The notes: generated by a model from the letters alone, not told the origin. A stretch of DNA of 64,000 nt from Macrostomum lignano (GCA_002269645.1 NIVC01002814.1:62001-126000), one strand, 5' to 3'; positions 1 through 13,195 are shown, numbered from the stretch's first letter. Numbers and translations: made by a program.

Positions 1-164
1 AGTTGGCTCTCTCGGCTTCTGATTGGCTGCAGGGGTGCAATGTACAGTGCCCAGCGCATGGAGCGTGCAAATCAGGTTGTGGGCCTGATATGACTTACAC
101 TTTCAATTGCGGCGTTTAAAAGCCGATTACACTGCGATCAAATTATTCACTGTTACTTCTAGCT

Positions 165-900
165 ATGGAGTGCATAGAAGGAAACCGTTGCGGTTCAAAA
201 ATTTTTGTAAAGGACGAATTCGTCTATCGAAAAGACAGTGGCAGAGATAGAAGCAAAGTCGGTTTCCGCTGCTGCGACAAACACTGTCCTGGTCGCCTAC
301 TGCAGCATCAAGACGGTAGCCTGAGTGTGACATCAGTCCACAATCACGAAGCAGAGGGACAGCGTCTGGAGCTTCTGTACTTAAAGAGTAGACTTAAAAG
401 AAGAGCTGAAGATTCGAGTGCCACTCTTCGAGACATTTTTGATGTCGAGACTGCTAGATCGTCAAGGTGCAGCATCCATCGGCTTTGCAGAGATAGAGTC
501 GACCCTGTATAAACAGCGCCGCCGAATTCTGCCTCCTCTGCCGGCTGACGCCGGTGCTGCCTGTCACGCCATTATGGATGCACCAGAGAGATTCCGGCAC
601 TGCGGCGACGTGTGTGTTTTGCAGGGTTCTGTTACGTCTGCAGATGGCGGAGTTGCAATTTTTTTTGGACATCCTGACCTACTGCCACGCCTCAAGCAAG
701 CAGACACGTGGGGCATTGATGGCACTTTTAAAACCGTGCCGAGAATTTTTTATCAGCTTGTCACAATTGGTTTTATAAAAAACGACAGCTTTTGGCCGAC
801 GCTGTATGTTTTGCTGAATAGGAAGAATTTACATGTATTTAGAAAGCTTCTGGATTTTCCGCGTTGGAGTCCAGCGCCTCTCAGTGCACGGGAAAACTGA
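165..900 (+). pseudogene. Mutator-like (MULE) transposase with N-terminal FLYWCH-type zinc finger, frameshifted and 3'-truncated
   Basis: ORF 165-512 has a FLYWCH-like pattern (FVYRK...FRCCDKHCPGRL...HNH). After a frame change near 455-460, ORF 418-900 has the MULE core WGIDGTFKTVPRIFYQLVTI...YVLLNRK. The coding signal degrades after ~850 and runs into a tandem array. Confidence 0.85.
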
Positions 901-969
901 GTTTCTGACGCTGGTGTCTCACGCGTCTGAGAAAATGGCTGACCAAATGATGGCAACAAAACGGCAAGC

Positions 970-1662
970 CGACCAGCCGGCTCTGGACTCTCAGCCTGTC
1001 TCGTATCAGCAGCTCCAGCCGGCTCTGGACTCTCAGCCTGTCTCATATCAGCAGCTCCAGCCGGCTCTGGACTCTCAGCCTGTCTCGTATCAGCAGCTCC
1101 AGCCGGCTCTGGACTCTCAGCCTGTCTCATATCAGCAGCTCCAGCCGGCTCTGGACTCTCAGTCTGTCTCATATCAGCAGCTCCAGCCGGCTCTGGACTC
1201 TCAGCCTGTCTCGTATCAGCAGCTCCAGCCGGCTCTGGACTCTCAGCCTGTCTCGTATCAGCAGCTCCAGCCGGCTCTGGACTCTCAGCCTGTCTCGTAT
1301 CAGCAGCTCCAGCCGGCTCTGGACTCTCAGCCTGTCTCGTATCAGCAGCTCCAGCCGGCTCTGGACTCTCAGCCTGTCTCGTATCAGCAGCTCCAGCCGG
1401 CTCTGGACTCTCAGCCTGTCTCGTATCAGCAACTCCAGCCGGCTCTGGACTCTCAGCCTGTCTCGTATCAGCAGCTCCAGCCGGCTCTGGACTCTCAGCC
1501 TGTCTCGTATCAGCAACTCCAGCAGGCTCTGGACTCTCAGCCTGTCTCGTATCAGCAGCTCCAGCCGGCTCTGGACTCTCAGCCTGTCTCGTATCAGCAA
1601 CTCCAGCCGGCTCTGGACTCTCAGCCTGTCTCGTATCAGCAGCTCCAGCCGGCTCTGGACTC
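970..1662 (+). repeat. 42-bp minisatellite (~16 units)
   Basis: Unit cagccggctctggactctcagcctgtctcgtatcagcagctc; reads as QPALDSQPVSYQQL repeats. Confidence 0.97.
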
Positions 1663-1684
1663 TTTCCAGTACCTAGGAATATCG

Positions 1685-1868
1685 ATGCGCGCTTATTACA
1701 GTATTTTGATATATCGCAGCGCGCCTATTCCAACATTTTTCCGTGCGCACTTGTTCCCTGCGCGCTTATTCCGACATTTTTCCGTGCGCGCTTGTTCCCT
1801 GCGCGCTTATTCCGACGTGTGCAAAAAAATACACGTGCGCGCTTATTCCTGGCGCGCTTAATCAGCCC
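1685..1868. mobile_element. Probable subterminal/terminal repeat region of the MULE element
   Basis: Clustered gtgcgcgcttattcc / gcgcgcttgttcc motifs ending ...gcgcgcttaatcagccc. The matching left end would lie outside the window. Confidence 0.45.
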
Positions 1869-2576
1869 TCCCGTCCCGGCTGAAGAGCGAGGAGGACTCT
1901 GGATTCTAGTTGCGAAAACTCGACAGCCTACCGAGAGAACTACGGGCTGACGCAAAAAGTACAGAATAGTACAGTCTTGAACCGAGAAATTGTTGTCATG
2001 GCCATGGATTATGTAATCTCTTCAAGTCTACTTTAATAGCAAGCATTTGTAAGATTCTATTTATAAGACCTTTATACGTTTAAGTCGTTTAATACGTTTA
2101 AGTCCAGGATGTAGGGTTGCAAGTTTCGCATGACAGTTCCATCTTTTTAATCGATTGTTGCCATCCAGTGATTTTGCTTTTTGAATGATCTTCTGTTGGT
2201 TGCTTGGCAACTGATATACAGACAGCGTCTTTATCGCTCTGAATGCAAGTCTTGAATGAACAAGTAAGTTCACAGTTAGTATTGTGCAAATTAATTTGGG
2301 TCACAGGCCGCTAATCGCTCTTGTGAATACGCACTAACATACAAACGGTTTTAAATTTTAAAAAAAAAAAAAACGTTTAAAACAAAAGCGGAATATTTTA
2401 GTTTGAAAAACACATATTTAGTATCTCTCTATATTTAATTTAATATCTTGACATTGCGCTGACCAAAATCAGTGAAAATACTCCCGATAAGATGCCGGTT
2501 GGCGCATCTAGATTAAGTCAGTTGTTTTCCGCGCAAAAAATCAATCAATCTTTCGACGGCATTGAAATCGACAGGT

Positions 2577-5500
2577 TTAGTTCTTTCTGGTCGACAGGTA
2601 GGGCCGGGCCTGAAAAAAAATTAGCGTCAAAAATTTATATAAACTTGCATTAACTGTGAATCGAACTGACGACTTTGAAACAGTTTTTTTAGCCAGTTAG
2701 ACGTCGCAGAACAAGGGGTACTTTTACATTAAAACCGATGTTTATGTCGCATGTATGAATGTTTGCCGGAACTTTTCACGATACCCTTAGCCAGCAGTGA
2801 GGGGCAAGCAGTCTGACACCTGAAACCTGCACGTGCTCACAAATTCGTTCGCAGGTGCACCCTAACATAATTTTTCTACACTTACACTTGTCGGGCACTT
2901 GAACGGGCCATTCGGAGTCCAGGAGGTCGACTTCTGTCCAACCGGCTCGATCTGAAAATTTGGCGCGGTATTTAGTATCAAGGGTAGCTATAGTCTGATT
3001 TTCTATCACAGTGTGTGACTGCATGTGCTTTCCTAAGGAGCACAAATAACTCACCATGTTGTTCCACAGAGCCTTGGCGCTCTCATCGTGACCCTTCCGG
3101 CTGAAGTGGAAGCAGTCGGGAGCGAAGTAGGACTGGTCGTACTTGCCCTGCATTGGGAAAATTTGGTTTCAAGCAATTTAAATTTTGAGCTGCGAAGAAC
3201 ACATGTTTTTACTGTTTGCGAACGTTGTCATAAGTCAGTTTACTATGGTTTCGCTAGACTTTCAAGCAGATATTTTTTGTGGTTTTCTTCGTCTGGCTCC
3301 TGACATTAAGGTCAATGAGTGCACAATTTTATAAAAATATGTAGTTGAGTAGTAGTTGTTGGAGGAAAAAATATTATATAAATATTCGCAGGAGAGTTGT
3401 GAGCACCCGGCGCTACGCCTTCGACTACATCATCCTAAGACAAGCAGCGGTGAGGCAACTATGTCGATTCCGCATACCGCTGACCCTCAGCACATCCTGA
3501 GCGTAGTTTATCATTCGCTTCCAATAAAACAACAGGTACTCACGTTGATCTTTGGCGGCTTGCTGTTCCTGAAGAACGGCTGGGTCACCACGGTGAAGTC
3601 CTCGCGAGTGTCGTATCGGCCAGAGTCGACCAGCTGACGGAGTCGGGCCTGGTACTCGCCGATGATGGCCTGGATCTCGCGCTCCTCGGCCTCGTTCTCC
3701 GGCATGGCGCCGCATTTGCACAGAAAAGAGCCCTGCAGAACCCGGCAGATCGAGCTGCCGTCCTTCAGATCCTTGACCAGGGAGACATCCAGAACTTCGG
3801 CAACATTGACAAAAGCCCTGGGCACATTGGCGTGCAGATAGTCGAGTGCCTCGCGAATGTACCTGATGTAGTTGTCTGCGCTAAACTCGTTCTGGTTAGT
3901 TGAAAGTGACAAATTGTTCTCAACTTCAAAGTACGAGTTCTCATCGTGCACTGTAAATAATATTACTGTTCGCCGACAATTCGACAACCTATAGTACGGT
4001 GGCGTTCGCACTACGCAGGCATTTCAATTACAGGATGCCGCAACGCTAAGGGATGCCAATACTTGGCGTCTTGGTGGGCGCCTCTACTCCTGATTCTTAG
4101 GCCAGTGGATGCCACGGATCCAAGAGGTGACAAAAGTCGAACTGGTGTCATTCATCGAGCTTGGTAGGCCTAACCGATCTTTAATTTTGTTCTTGGAGGA
4201 GTGAAATTATATAGGGACGATTGGGAGGGGGGCTGCAGTTCAAGTCCCCCATCTGCGTACGCTAACGAACCTGGCACTCACCTTGTCCTTGCAGTAGTCG
4301 CAAACATCGTTGCCACCAATGAACAGGGTAATGAGCTTCCAATCCTTGTTGAAGTTCACATTAGAGTCAGACTGCAGCCTTCTGACCAGCTCCTTAGCTT
4401 GTCCGGGCATGTCGCTAAAAAAATTTGGTGAATTTTTTATGTTGTTAAGTGTAGCTATGTTTATTTATCAAGGACCACTGAAGTCACTTCGTTAGTTAGT
4501 CAGTATCAGCTCAAGTTTAGACGATAGAAAAAGTGGTAGCTTGTTAATTAATTTAAGAACTTACGAAGCGACCTTGCCGGGCTCGGCAACGTTCAGCACG
4601 GAGTTGCTGCTGCTCACCTTGCCAGAGCCGGTGGAGTGGCCGTACAAATTGGAGTTCTGGTGCCTCAGCACGTCTGCAAGTGAAATAGATTTTTTCTCTT
4701 ATTTTCAATAGCTATTCAAATTTAATCTAAACATCATGCCAAACTGTTTGCTAACGTACTAGCTATAGTGGTGTGCTTGCTCAGTGAGACCTGACCGCCA
4801 ATGCTGAAAATGTTTTTTAGGGTACGTTTTTACAGTTTACTATCGAAAAAAAACTTTTTATCGATTATCACGTCATGTGTAACTCTATGGGTCAGAGAGA
4901 GGCGGTTAAGTATGTCAAATGGCAGTTAGGTAGGTAGAAAGATAGGTAGGTAGGTAGGTAGGTAGGTAGGTAGATAGGTAGGTAGGTAGGTAGGTAGGTA
5001 GGTAGGTAGGTAGGTAGGTAGGTAGGTAGGTAGGTAGGTAGGTAGGTAGGTAGGTAGGTAGGTAGGTAGGTAGGTAGGTAGGTAGGTAGGTAGGTAGGTA
5101 GGTAGGTAGGTAGGTAGGTAGGTAGGTAGGTAGGTAGGTAGGTAGGTAGGTAGGTAGGTAGGTAGGTAGGTAGGTAGGTAGGTAGGTAGGTAGGTAGGTA
5201 GGTAGGTAGGTAGGTAGGTAGGTAGGTAGGTAGGTAGGTAGGTAGGTAGGTAGGTAGGTAGGTAGGTAGGTAGGTAGGTAGGTAGGTAGGTAGGTAGGTA
5301 GGTAGGTAGGTAGTCGGATAATCAACGAACCTCCAGGCGTAGCCGCGGTACTCGGTCAGCAGTCCCAGGATGCTGGTGGCCAGGGCGCCGTTAGCGGCGG
5401 TCAGCGAGTCTCCCATGGCGCCGATTACGTCGATGTCGCCAGGTCGCAGTCGGTGCGCGGAGGTCGGCCGGCTCGGCGACCGGTCCAGCTGGCAGCTGAA

Positions 5501-6250
5501 CGGTGCGCTGTCGGCAAGCGGCTCAGCCTCCAGCTTCTCGGGCTTGGCGGCCAGGATGTCGCGGAACTCGGCGCTCTCGTCCAGCTCCCTGACGATCTTG
5601 TACATGGCGCTAGTCCAGGCGGAGCCGCTGGGCGAGTGCTTTGAGCGGAGCTCCGGGATACGGCCGGTCAGGTAGTTGATGGCGTCGCGCTCGTGCTGGT
5701 GGTCTGTCAGGTGATGAGAAATTCGCTCGTAGCTCGTGCTATGCGCTTTAAGGTGAGGAAATCTTAGGTAGGGATCAGGTTGATGAGTCGGGTAGGGATC
5801 AGGTTGATGAGTCAGGTAGGAATAAGGTTGATGAGTCAGGTAGGAATGAGGTTGATGAGTCAGGTAGGGATCAGGTTGATGAGTCAGGTAGGGATCAGGT
5901 TGATGAGTCAGGTAGGGATCAGGTTGATGAGTCGGGTAGGGATCAGGTTGATGAGTCAGGTAGGGATCAGGTTGATGAGTCAGGTAGGGATCAGGTTGAT
6001 GAGTCAGGTAGGGATCAGGTTGATGAGTCAGGTAGGGATCAGGTTGATGAGTCAGGTAGGGATCAGGTTCCCAGTGATGAAGACCGCCAATTTCAAATCT
6101 ACTTCAAGTATCTTTTGGACACTGCTACAGAAGCTCTAAGGTCCTTCCTACGAAAATTGTTTGACCTATTAGCCAAATTCTGTCCACGGACTTACCAGCG
6201 ACCGAGGCGCCGACGAAGCAGGCCACCAGAGCAATCAGGAGTAGTTTCAT
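2577..6250 (-). CDS. PLB1: Secreted phospholipase B1-like SGNH/GDSL lipase (~431 aa)
   Basis: Nine exons with GT-AG boundaries and consistent phases: 6250-6196, 5745-5331, 4803-4760, 4673-4565, 4414-4282, 3891-3544, 3147-3055, 2951-2886, 2609-2577. Signal peptide [22 protein letters not shown] blocks [22 protein letters not shown] and [10 protein letters not shown]-terminus IEPVGQK...[16 protein letters not shown]. Confidence 0.92.
4930..5313. repeat. (TAGG)n microsatellite in PLB1-like intron 2
   Basis: Near-perfect taggtagg run; the source of the spurious LPTY ORFs. Confidence 0.98.
5765..6068. repeat. 24-bp minisatellite in PLB1-like intron 1
   Basis: Unit gatcaggttgatgagtcaggtagg, ~12 copies. 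Confidence 0.96.
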
Positions 6251-7289
6251 TGCGTCAATTTTTTCGGAGGACGTGTTTCAGACGTGTTAATTGTCTTAGT
6301 AAGTGAGCAGTTTGATGGCGCAGTGGAGGCGCCCTATTTATGAATTTGAGACTTGTTGCTAATCTAATGGGAATGTACCTCCAAAATTGCTATTTTAACT
6401 GCGCCATATGGCCCGATCCCGCGGCTCTGCATTAAGGTCCTCATTTAGCTTTTTTGCCGGTTTATCAAAGCTAATAAAACTGACAATAGAGTAGTGAACA
6501 AACAGATTCTCCCACTAGTGTTGCCATATCTCTGAGTCATTTCTGGTGACCCATTTTTGCCTATATTGCCTGCAGAGGATTATCGTAATTTATTCTTGGA
6601 AACTGCAACAGCAGTCGCCTATAATTGAGTTCGTGAACTTTAGCCGGGGGTGTGGTGAATCACACCAGCCTTGCGCCATTGCAGCTCTCGAAGTTTCGAA
6701 TACGCACTCGAAAAAATGGTGCCATTTCGAGTTCTCGTAGTTTCTTTTACACTCGTGGCCGCGGGGCCTGATAACCGTGACTGCATATTGAATGAGGCCA
6801 TGGGTGTGATTAATAATTTATTTGTTATTCATTTCTTTTACAAATTTGCACGCAAGTTTGCGAGTACTGGTGGTCGATGCAGTTATGAATCAATAGAATT
6901 GACATTGAATAGAACTCAAATACTCGTATTTTGTGCTAAGTTTGACTTTACTGATTTTACCATCATAGAGTTCACTCTTACACTGTCATGCTGAGGTGGC
7001 TGTTTGAGTTATCGTAGAAAGAGGGCTTGGCGCAGTCGCCGTGAGGGGGGAGGGACAGACGAAATGATGAAAAATCGACTGTACATCTGATGTACATTGC
7101 GTATTCATCGATCCTTGCATTCCAGCCGTAGCTACCTAGCCTGAGAGAATTGATTAAACTGAGTGCAAACTAGCAAACCTTTATAACCAGAGCAGCAACT
7201 TTAGCAGCAACTTTAGCTAGCTACCTATATTCACACAATTCTCTCACAAACTGCATGCCAGCTGCGACAACTGAAAAAGCTAGCTAACA

Positions 7290-10200
7290 ATGACAGATGA
7301 CGCATCGTTTCACAGCTGTTGCGAAGATTTGCGTCCAACAAACGGCCAGCAGCGCCAGCCGCATCATCATCATCATCGTCACGGTGTCGACAACGCCTGC
7401 TGCTGCTACTCCTCGGACACCGACGATGAGGCCCAGTTTCTAACCGCTAGCAACAGTCCGCTGTCGCTGGAAGCATCTTACTCTTCAGCCGCCGGCTGCT
7501 ATGGCCCCGGCGGCGCCGGCGGAGCTCAGCATCAGGCCGACGCCGCCGACTTCGTCGCCTGCCTGGCCGGCGATCTGGAGCGAACACTGGGCGGCGAGAG
7601 CTGCCAGTCGCAGTCGCCGTCTTCGCCAATGATTGGCGGCAGCGAGACCGCCGACGATGGTCGAATTGTTGTTGCTTCGTCAACAGTCACGGCCGGAGCG
7701 GCCCGGTCAACGCGACCGTTGGATTACAGCGGCATCAACACTGCTGAGGACTGCAATCCCGACGACGCGGACGAGTTCCCACCGCCTCTAGCTTCGTCAT
7801 CCAGCGCTTCCCTGGCCGGATTGAGCAAACTGCAGCAGCAACAGATTCCAGGTGCTCCTACGATGACGCTATCTCGTCCGCAGGATTTGATTGCCGCTGC
7901 AAAGGTGTGGGTTTTTTGCTATACATGCATTACAATTTGCTAGGTACATGTAGGTACAAGTCTACCTGGAAAGTATCGAGTGAATATCAGAGGTTTGCAT
8001 GCAAAAAGTTTTAAAGTGTCATCAGGACTAGCAGAAAAACCTGCTCAATTACCAGCGAGTATAGTCTATTAAAGCAATTGGATGCGGAAAATCTACGGGA
8101 GTATCGGGGATACACAGCACCGCACCCTATACTAAACTACAATCGGATCATTGGTGAAAACCGCACCCAAATTTTGCCAACACAGCGCACGCAAGCAGCA
8201 ACAAACGAGACGGCCGTTTGCGGCGACGCTGACAACACGGCCATTGCCGCAGGCTTCCTGCCTCAGCTTGCCGACACAGATTCTCACCTGGATGTACCAA
8301 CTACAGCTGGCGCCAGAAACCTGCACTACTGCTACCTTGACAACGATTTAACTGCTCATCGTCCGCAAGCTCGAAGGACTCGTTCAGGACCGACGACACT
8401 GCGGCAGAAGTTCGGTTCAGCTCAGGAGCTGCTCTGGCTATCGAGTCACCGATATCGCGACCGAGATGACGCTGACGACAACGGTGGAAGCAATGGAGAC
8501 CCACAGCGCCCCATGCCGCAGCCGGCGCCGCCTCCACCAACAGCGCAGAAGTTGAAAACGCGGCCGTCAGATGCCGCCAGAGATTCGTTGGATTTTCCAG
8601 CCCGACTGCGGAAGCGAGTTCGCTTTGCCGACGCGCTGGGCTTCGACCTGGCGTCCGTTGTGCTCATTGCTGGAGCCGCTGCTGCTCGCAGCAACTTCGA
8701 ATTCGGAGCTCAATTTCTCAGCGATGAGGATCTGCTGCTTGATGTAAGTTAATATTCTCATCATATCTGTTGAGTAGGCATAGTAGATGAGTAGTCATAG
8801 TAGATGAGTAGTCATAGCAAATGAGTAGCCATAGTAGATTAGTAGTCATAGTAAATGAGTAGCCATAGCAGATGAGTAGTCATAGTAGATGACGGTAGAT
8901 GAGTAGCCATAGTAGATTAGTAGTCATAGTAAATGAGTAGCCATAGTAGATGAGTAGTCATAGTAGATGACTGTAGATGAGTAGTCATAGTAGATGACGG
9001 TAGATGAGTAGTCATAGTAGATGACGGTAGATGAGTAGTCATAGTAGATGACGGTAGATGAGTAGTCATAGTAGATGACGGTAGATGAGTAGTCATAGTA
9101 GATGACGGTAGATGAGTAGTCATAGTAGATGACGGTAGATGAGTAGTCATAGTAGATGACGGTAGATGAGTAGTCATAGTAGATGACGGTAGATGAGTAG
9201 CCATAGTAGATTAGTAGTCATAGTAAATGAGTAGCCATAGCAGATGAGTAGTCATAGTGGATGACGGTAGATGAGTAGTCATAGTAGATGACGGTAGATG
9301 AGTAGTCATAGTAGATGACGGTAGATGAGAGTAGTCATAGTAGATGACGGTAGATGAGTAGTCATAGTAGATGACGGTAGATGACTAGTCATAGTAGATA
9401 AGTAGTCTTAGTAGGCGATGGTAGATGAGTAGTCATAGCAGATGAGTAGTCATAGTAAATGAGTAGCCATAGCAGATGAGTTGTCATAGCAAATGAGTAG
9501 CCATAGCAGATGAGTAGTCATAGTAAATGAGTAGCCATAGTAGATTAGTAGATAAGTAGTCATAGTAGATGATGGTAGATGAGTAGTCATAGTAGACGAT
9601 GGTAGATGAGTAGTCATTGGTAGATCAGTGAATCAACTTACACAAGAACATCATCGAAATTCAATGTTTTTTGATGCCTCGACGCGAATAAAACTTCTGT
9701 CTCCACAGTGAATTTTTCCTGGAAAGTTGTCCATCGTGTGCAGCCACAATAACTTGGGGCTTGTGCAGAAAAATTGTTCGTGAGATCCACAGCCATGATC
9801 AGGGCCAGCCCCCAAGGCACAGAGAATGTACATGTCTGGCGAATTAGAAAGTCAAAGGGCCGCTGTACACCTTGTGTGACGCGTGTGTATCCAGATTTTT
9901 AAACTGGAACAAGTGCATTTACTCTCAGTGAAGCTATAGACCTTACTAATTTTCAATTTTCAGTTCCACGCGTCCGCAGCTGCAGCGGATGTTCAGGGAA
10001 TGTTCAGCGGCTTCGGTCAGTCCGGCGACACCGCGGCAGAGAACAGCGAGCTGAACAGAGGAAGAATATTTGCAACGGAGACCGAATCTCTGCTGCAGTC
10101 TTGCTCTCCAATGTCGCCATCAACTGTTGCCCAACAGTCTCTGCTGCACCAATCTGAAGATCCCAACTGGACGTCGATAACGCCTTGGGATCCCGCTCAG

Positions 10201-10548
10201 ACTGCAGGCCCCGGCCGTCCCATTGCATTGGAATCCGTCCGCTTCTTCTCTGAGCCCAGTCAGATTCTCGAGCTGACCGCTCGCGTGCTGAACATCGCCC
10301 CGGAGAAGCGGGTCATGGCCCGGGTCACCTTTGACAATTGGCGTCACCAGTCTGACTGGTCTCTGCGCTACTGCCAGACTCTGGCCGATTGCCATCCTGG
10401 TGGTCAAGAGAGATTCCGAGCTCGACTCCAGGTGCCAGCTGGCGCGGCCGCATTTGAACTGGCGTTGAGCTACTCGGCTGACGGGCAGGTGCACTGGGAC
10501 AATAATGCTGGAAGGAACTATATGTACGTCTACAAAGCGTGTCAGTAG
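7290..10548 (+). CDS. PPP1R3: Protein phosphatase 1 regulatory subunit 3-like (glycogen-targeting; RVxF + CBM21)
   Basis: PP1-docking motif LRKRVRFADALGFDLASV in the exon ending at 8743 (donor gtaagt). The last exon 9964-10548 (ttttcag acceptor, in frame) encodes CBM21: IALESV...VLNIAPEKRVMARVTFDNW...HWDNNAGRNY. A putative first exon is 7290-7904. The acceptor of the middle exon (within 8078-8430) and the linkage of exon 1 are uncertain. Confidence 0.8.
8780..9625. repeat. 27-bp minisatellite with 16-bp sub-units in PPP1R3 intron
   Basis: Unit gagtagtcatagtagatgacggtagat, with degenerate flanks. Confidence 0.95.
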
Positions 10549-13195
10549 AACTTGGTTCAGGCAACTGTTTCTACGACATCGATGTCTGAAAATTGAAAGA
10601 ATCTACGCGTTTCACTCAAAAATGTTTGACTCTGATCGGCTGCATGGATTTGAATTATATTATACAGAGAAAGCCCAGTCCAGTCGAACTGTTCTTCTCG
10701 TGATGGTAGTTTTTCAACGCGATTACACTTAACGAGATGTTTTACGAACTTCGAAACACGAAATTATAGCCATAATAGCATTTTTAAATTCCCAAGATTC
10801 CGCTAATAGTGATATTCTTGATATGGATAACTTCGTCGACACATATTTCTCCATAAATGTATTGATCACGGCTGAATCTCTTTGCAGTTCTTCATTCGCT
10901 TTGATGCTGAAATCTTATACTGTATTTTTCACTTTTTTACTAATTTGTCGATTGCATTTTCTATTGAGTTCGAATATACCCATCATATAAGCGATTAATT
11001 GGTTTTTGTTTCTTACTAAATTTTTGAATATTTTTTTCACGTTTCTTTGCCAATCGTTGTTTTACATTCTGATAATAAAAATCGCAAGAACTTCGAAAAA
11101 TTATAATTTTGACAAAAAATTAAGCGCACTGTACTATGGCGTTATTCTATTTTAAATTGTATATAAATGTAGACAGTGGCAGTACAAAACAAGGAGGTCT
11201 TTAGAAGCGGTTACTTTATTACTATACCGTAGTGACAGTGTACGGTAATGTACACTGTAATGTACGGTAATGTACAATGTACGGTGATGTGTCCTTCGTT
11301 AGAAACTTTATAACTATTTTGGCTAATAAGCATCGGTACATACAAAAGGAATTAAAATTTAAACTTTTGAATTTTTTAAAACTGTAAAAGTAATAGTTTT
11401 TGTTACAACACAATCTTTTTAAAACTCGTTTGTTTGATTGCAGATTCGATCTTGTTAAACGTAATTTTTTGAAATCCGCGGTATTTCTTCGAATTATCAG
11501 GTGACACGATCCTTCATCACAATATACTAAAGCTCTAAGGTCTGTCTGTTTTTATATACTATAGCATGGAGTATAATTATAAAAGTGAATTTGTCAGTCA
11601 GTTGCTTAAAAATATTTTTAATAAAATATTAAAAAAGCTATTTAGCTGGACTGTTTCTTGCTCTTAATCAAATATTTTTACTGGTAGGCATTTCTTATTT
11701 CTTAATTCTTAATTCATTAATTTAATATTCAATCTATTCATAAACATGTTTGTTTATGTAAGCATTTATATATTGTTTATTAAATTACTACGATTTTTTT
11801 CACACTTCGACGTAAGCAAATGGTTTTAAGTCTCTGATGATAGGTGAACAACTGCATAGACTCAATTCGGCTATAGTATCTAATTCTAATTAGCATGTGG
11901 TAATCATTTTCATGTGTGAAATTCTTCAATCAACAATGGATAGGACCCTTGTTAATACAGATATATAGATATAGAATAAGTTATACATGCCAGATGAGGA
12001 GACCACTTGAATATATTAGAGCATAAAACTGTATTTATCCATATACTTCATATTAAAAATTGTAATTCAACAACATTTAGGTTATTAGAACGTAAGGTAT
12101 GTATGGGCCTATTTAATTAGGTAATCATAATTATATAGCTATGTAAGCAAATATATAACCAGCCATTGTATCTTTTTGTATATGTAATAATTTTGGCATT
12201 GTCTTTGTCAGAGCTTATATATGTCTTAGCTCGTAATACATAAGAGGCCTAAATACATAATTTACTTAATGAGTATAAATCACCATATAGTATATCTGTT
12301 TAATGTTTTTTATATGGCTTTTGTCATAATTAGTAATACATTACTATTATTATTATTGTTGTTAATGCTATTACCATAATATTATAATAAGCTAATATTA
12401 GGCCAATATTCTTTTAAAAAGCATTAATTCACTAAGAATCTTTAAGGTTTTTTATTAATGCTAAGAGACAGTTTCCTTGATAAACATACATATTAGCAAA
12501 AATAGCCATAGACATTCTCATTGCTAATGATAGTAACATTTATTAGGTATTCATTTTTTCTATCTCTATAAAGAAATCATTCTTTTAAGAAGTTTCAACT
12601 CAAGTTTTCTTATGGATATAAGGATATCCATGTGGATATAGATATCTATAATATACAAATATAGATTGTAGCAACTATTGAGAAATTATAAATGAAATAA
12701 TAAGTATTAGAAATGGGCCTTCATTGCAAGGGTTCCTTGATAGGCCTTATTTATTATTTTAAAGGGTTACTATCTTAGGAATATTACTATAATAACATCT
12801 ACAATAGGACATGAAAAAAATTATTCTTTTAATGCAATAATTAGTTATTCATTTTCAGATATTGAACTTTTGAATTGAATCATCAAGTTTCCAAAATTAT
12901 TGCATTATCATTGCATTATACTCGTAGTTCAAATAAATATACAATTTACTTTTTAATTAAAAATGTATATGAATTTTTGTGATATTTTAAGCTTTACTTT
13001 AAAAAATAGGATTCTCTAGCTGTTATTTAAAAATATTAAAACAAAAATATCTCTGATTGAATGCACTGATTTTACCATTGAAGTGATTTGTAAACAATTA
13101 AATTAAATTAACTGCATGCATACACAACAGAGTTAAGCATCAGACATTGCTACCTTCTTTGGTTAAAATTTTGATACAATATAAAGCATTAAGCA

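Noticed and set aside
2776-2885. Alternative PLB1 3' exon [14 protein letters not shown]
   Set aside because: The exon at 2609-2577 has a better acceptor (ttttcag) and gives the family-typical RPYLST..N ending.
4892-6139. Long ORFs made of LPTY and MSQVGIRL repeats
   Set aside because: They are translations of intronic micro- and minisatellites; good splice sites at 5331 and 5745 exclude them.
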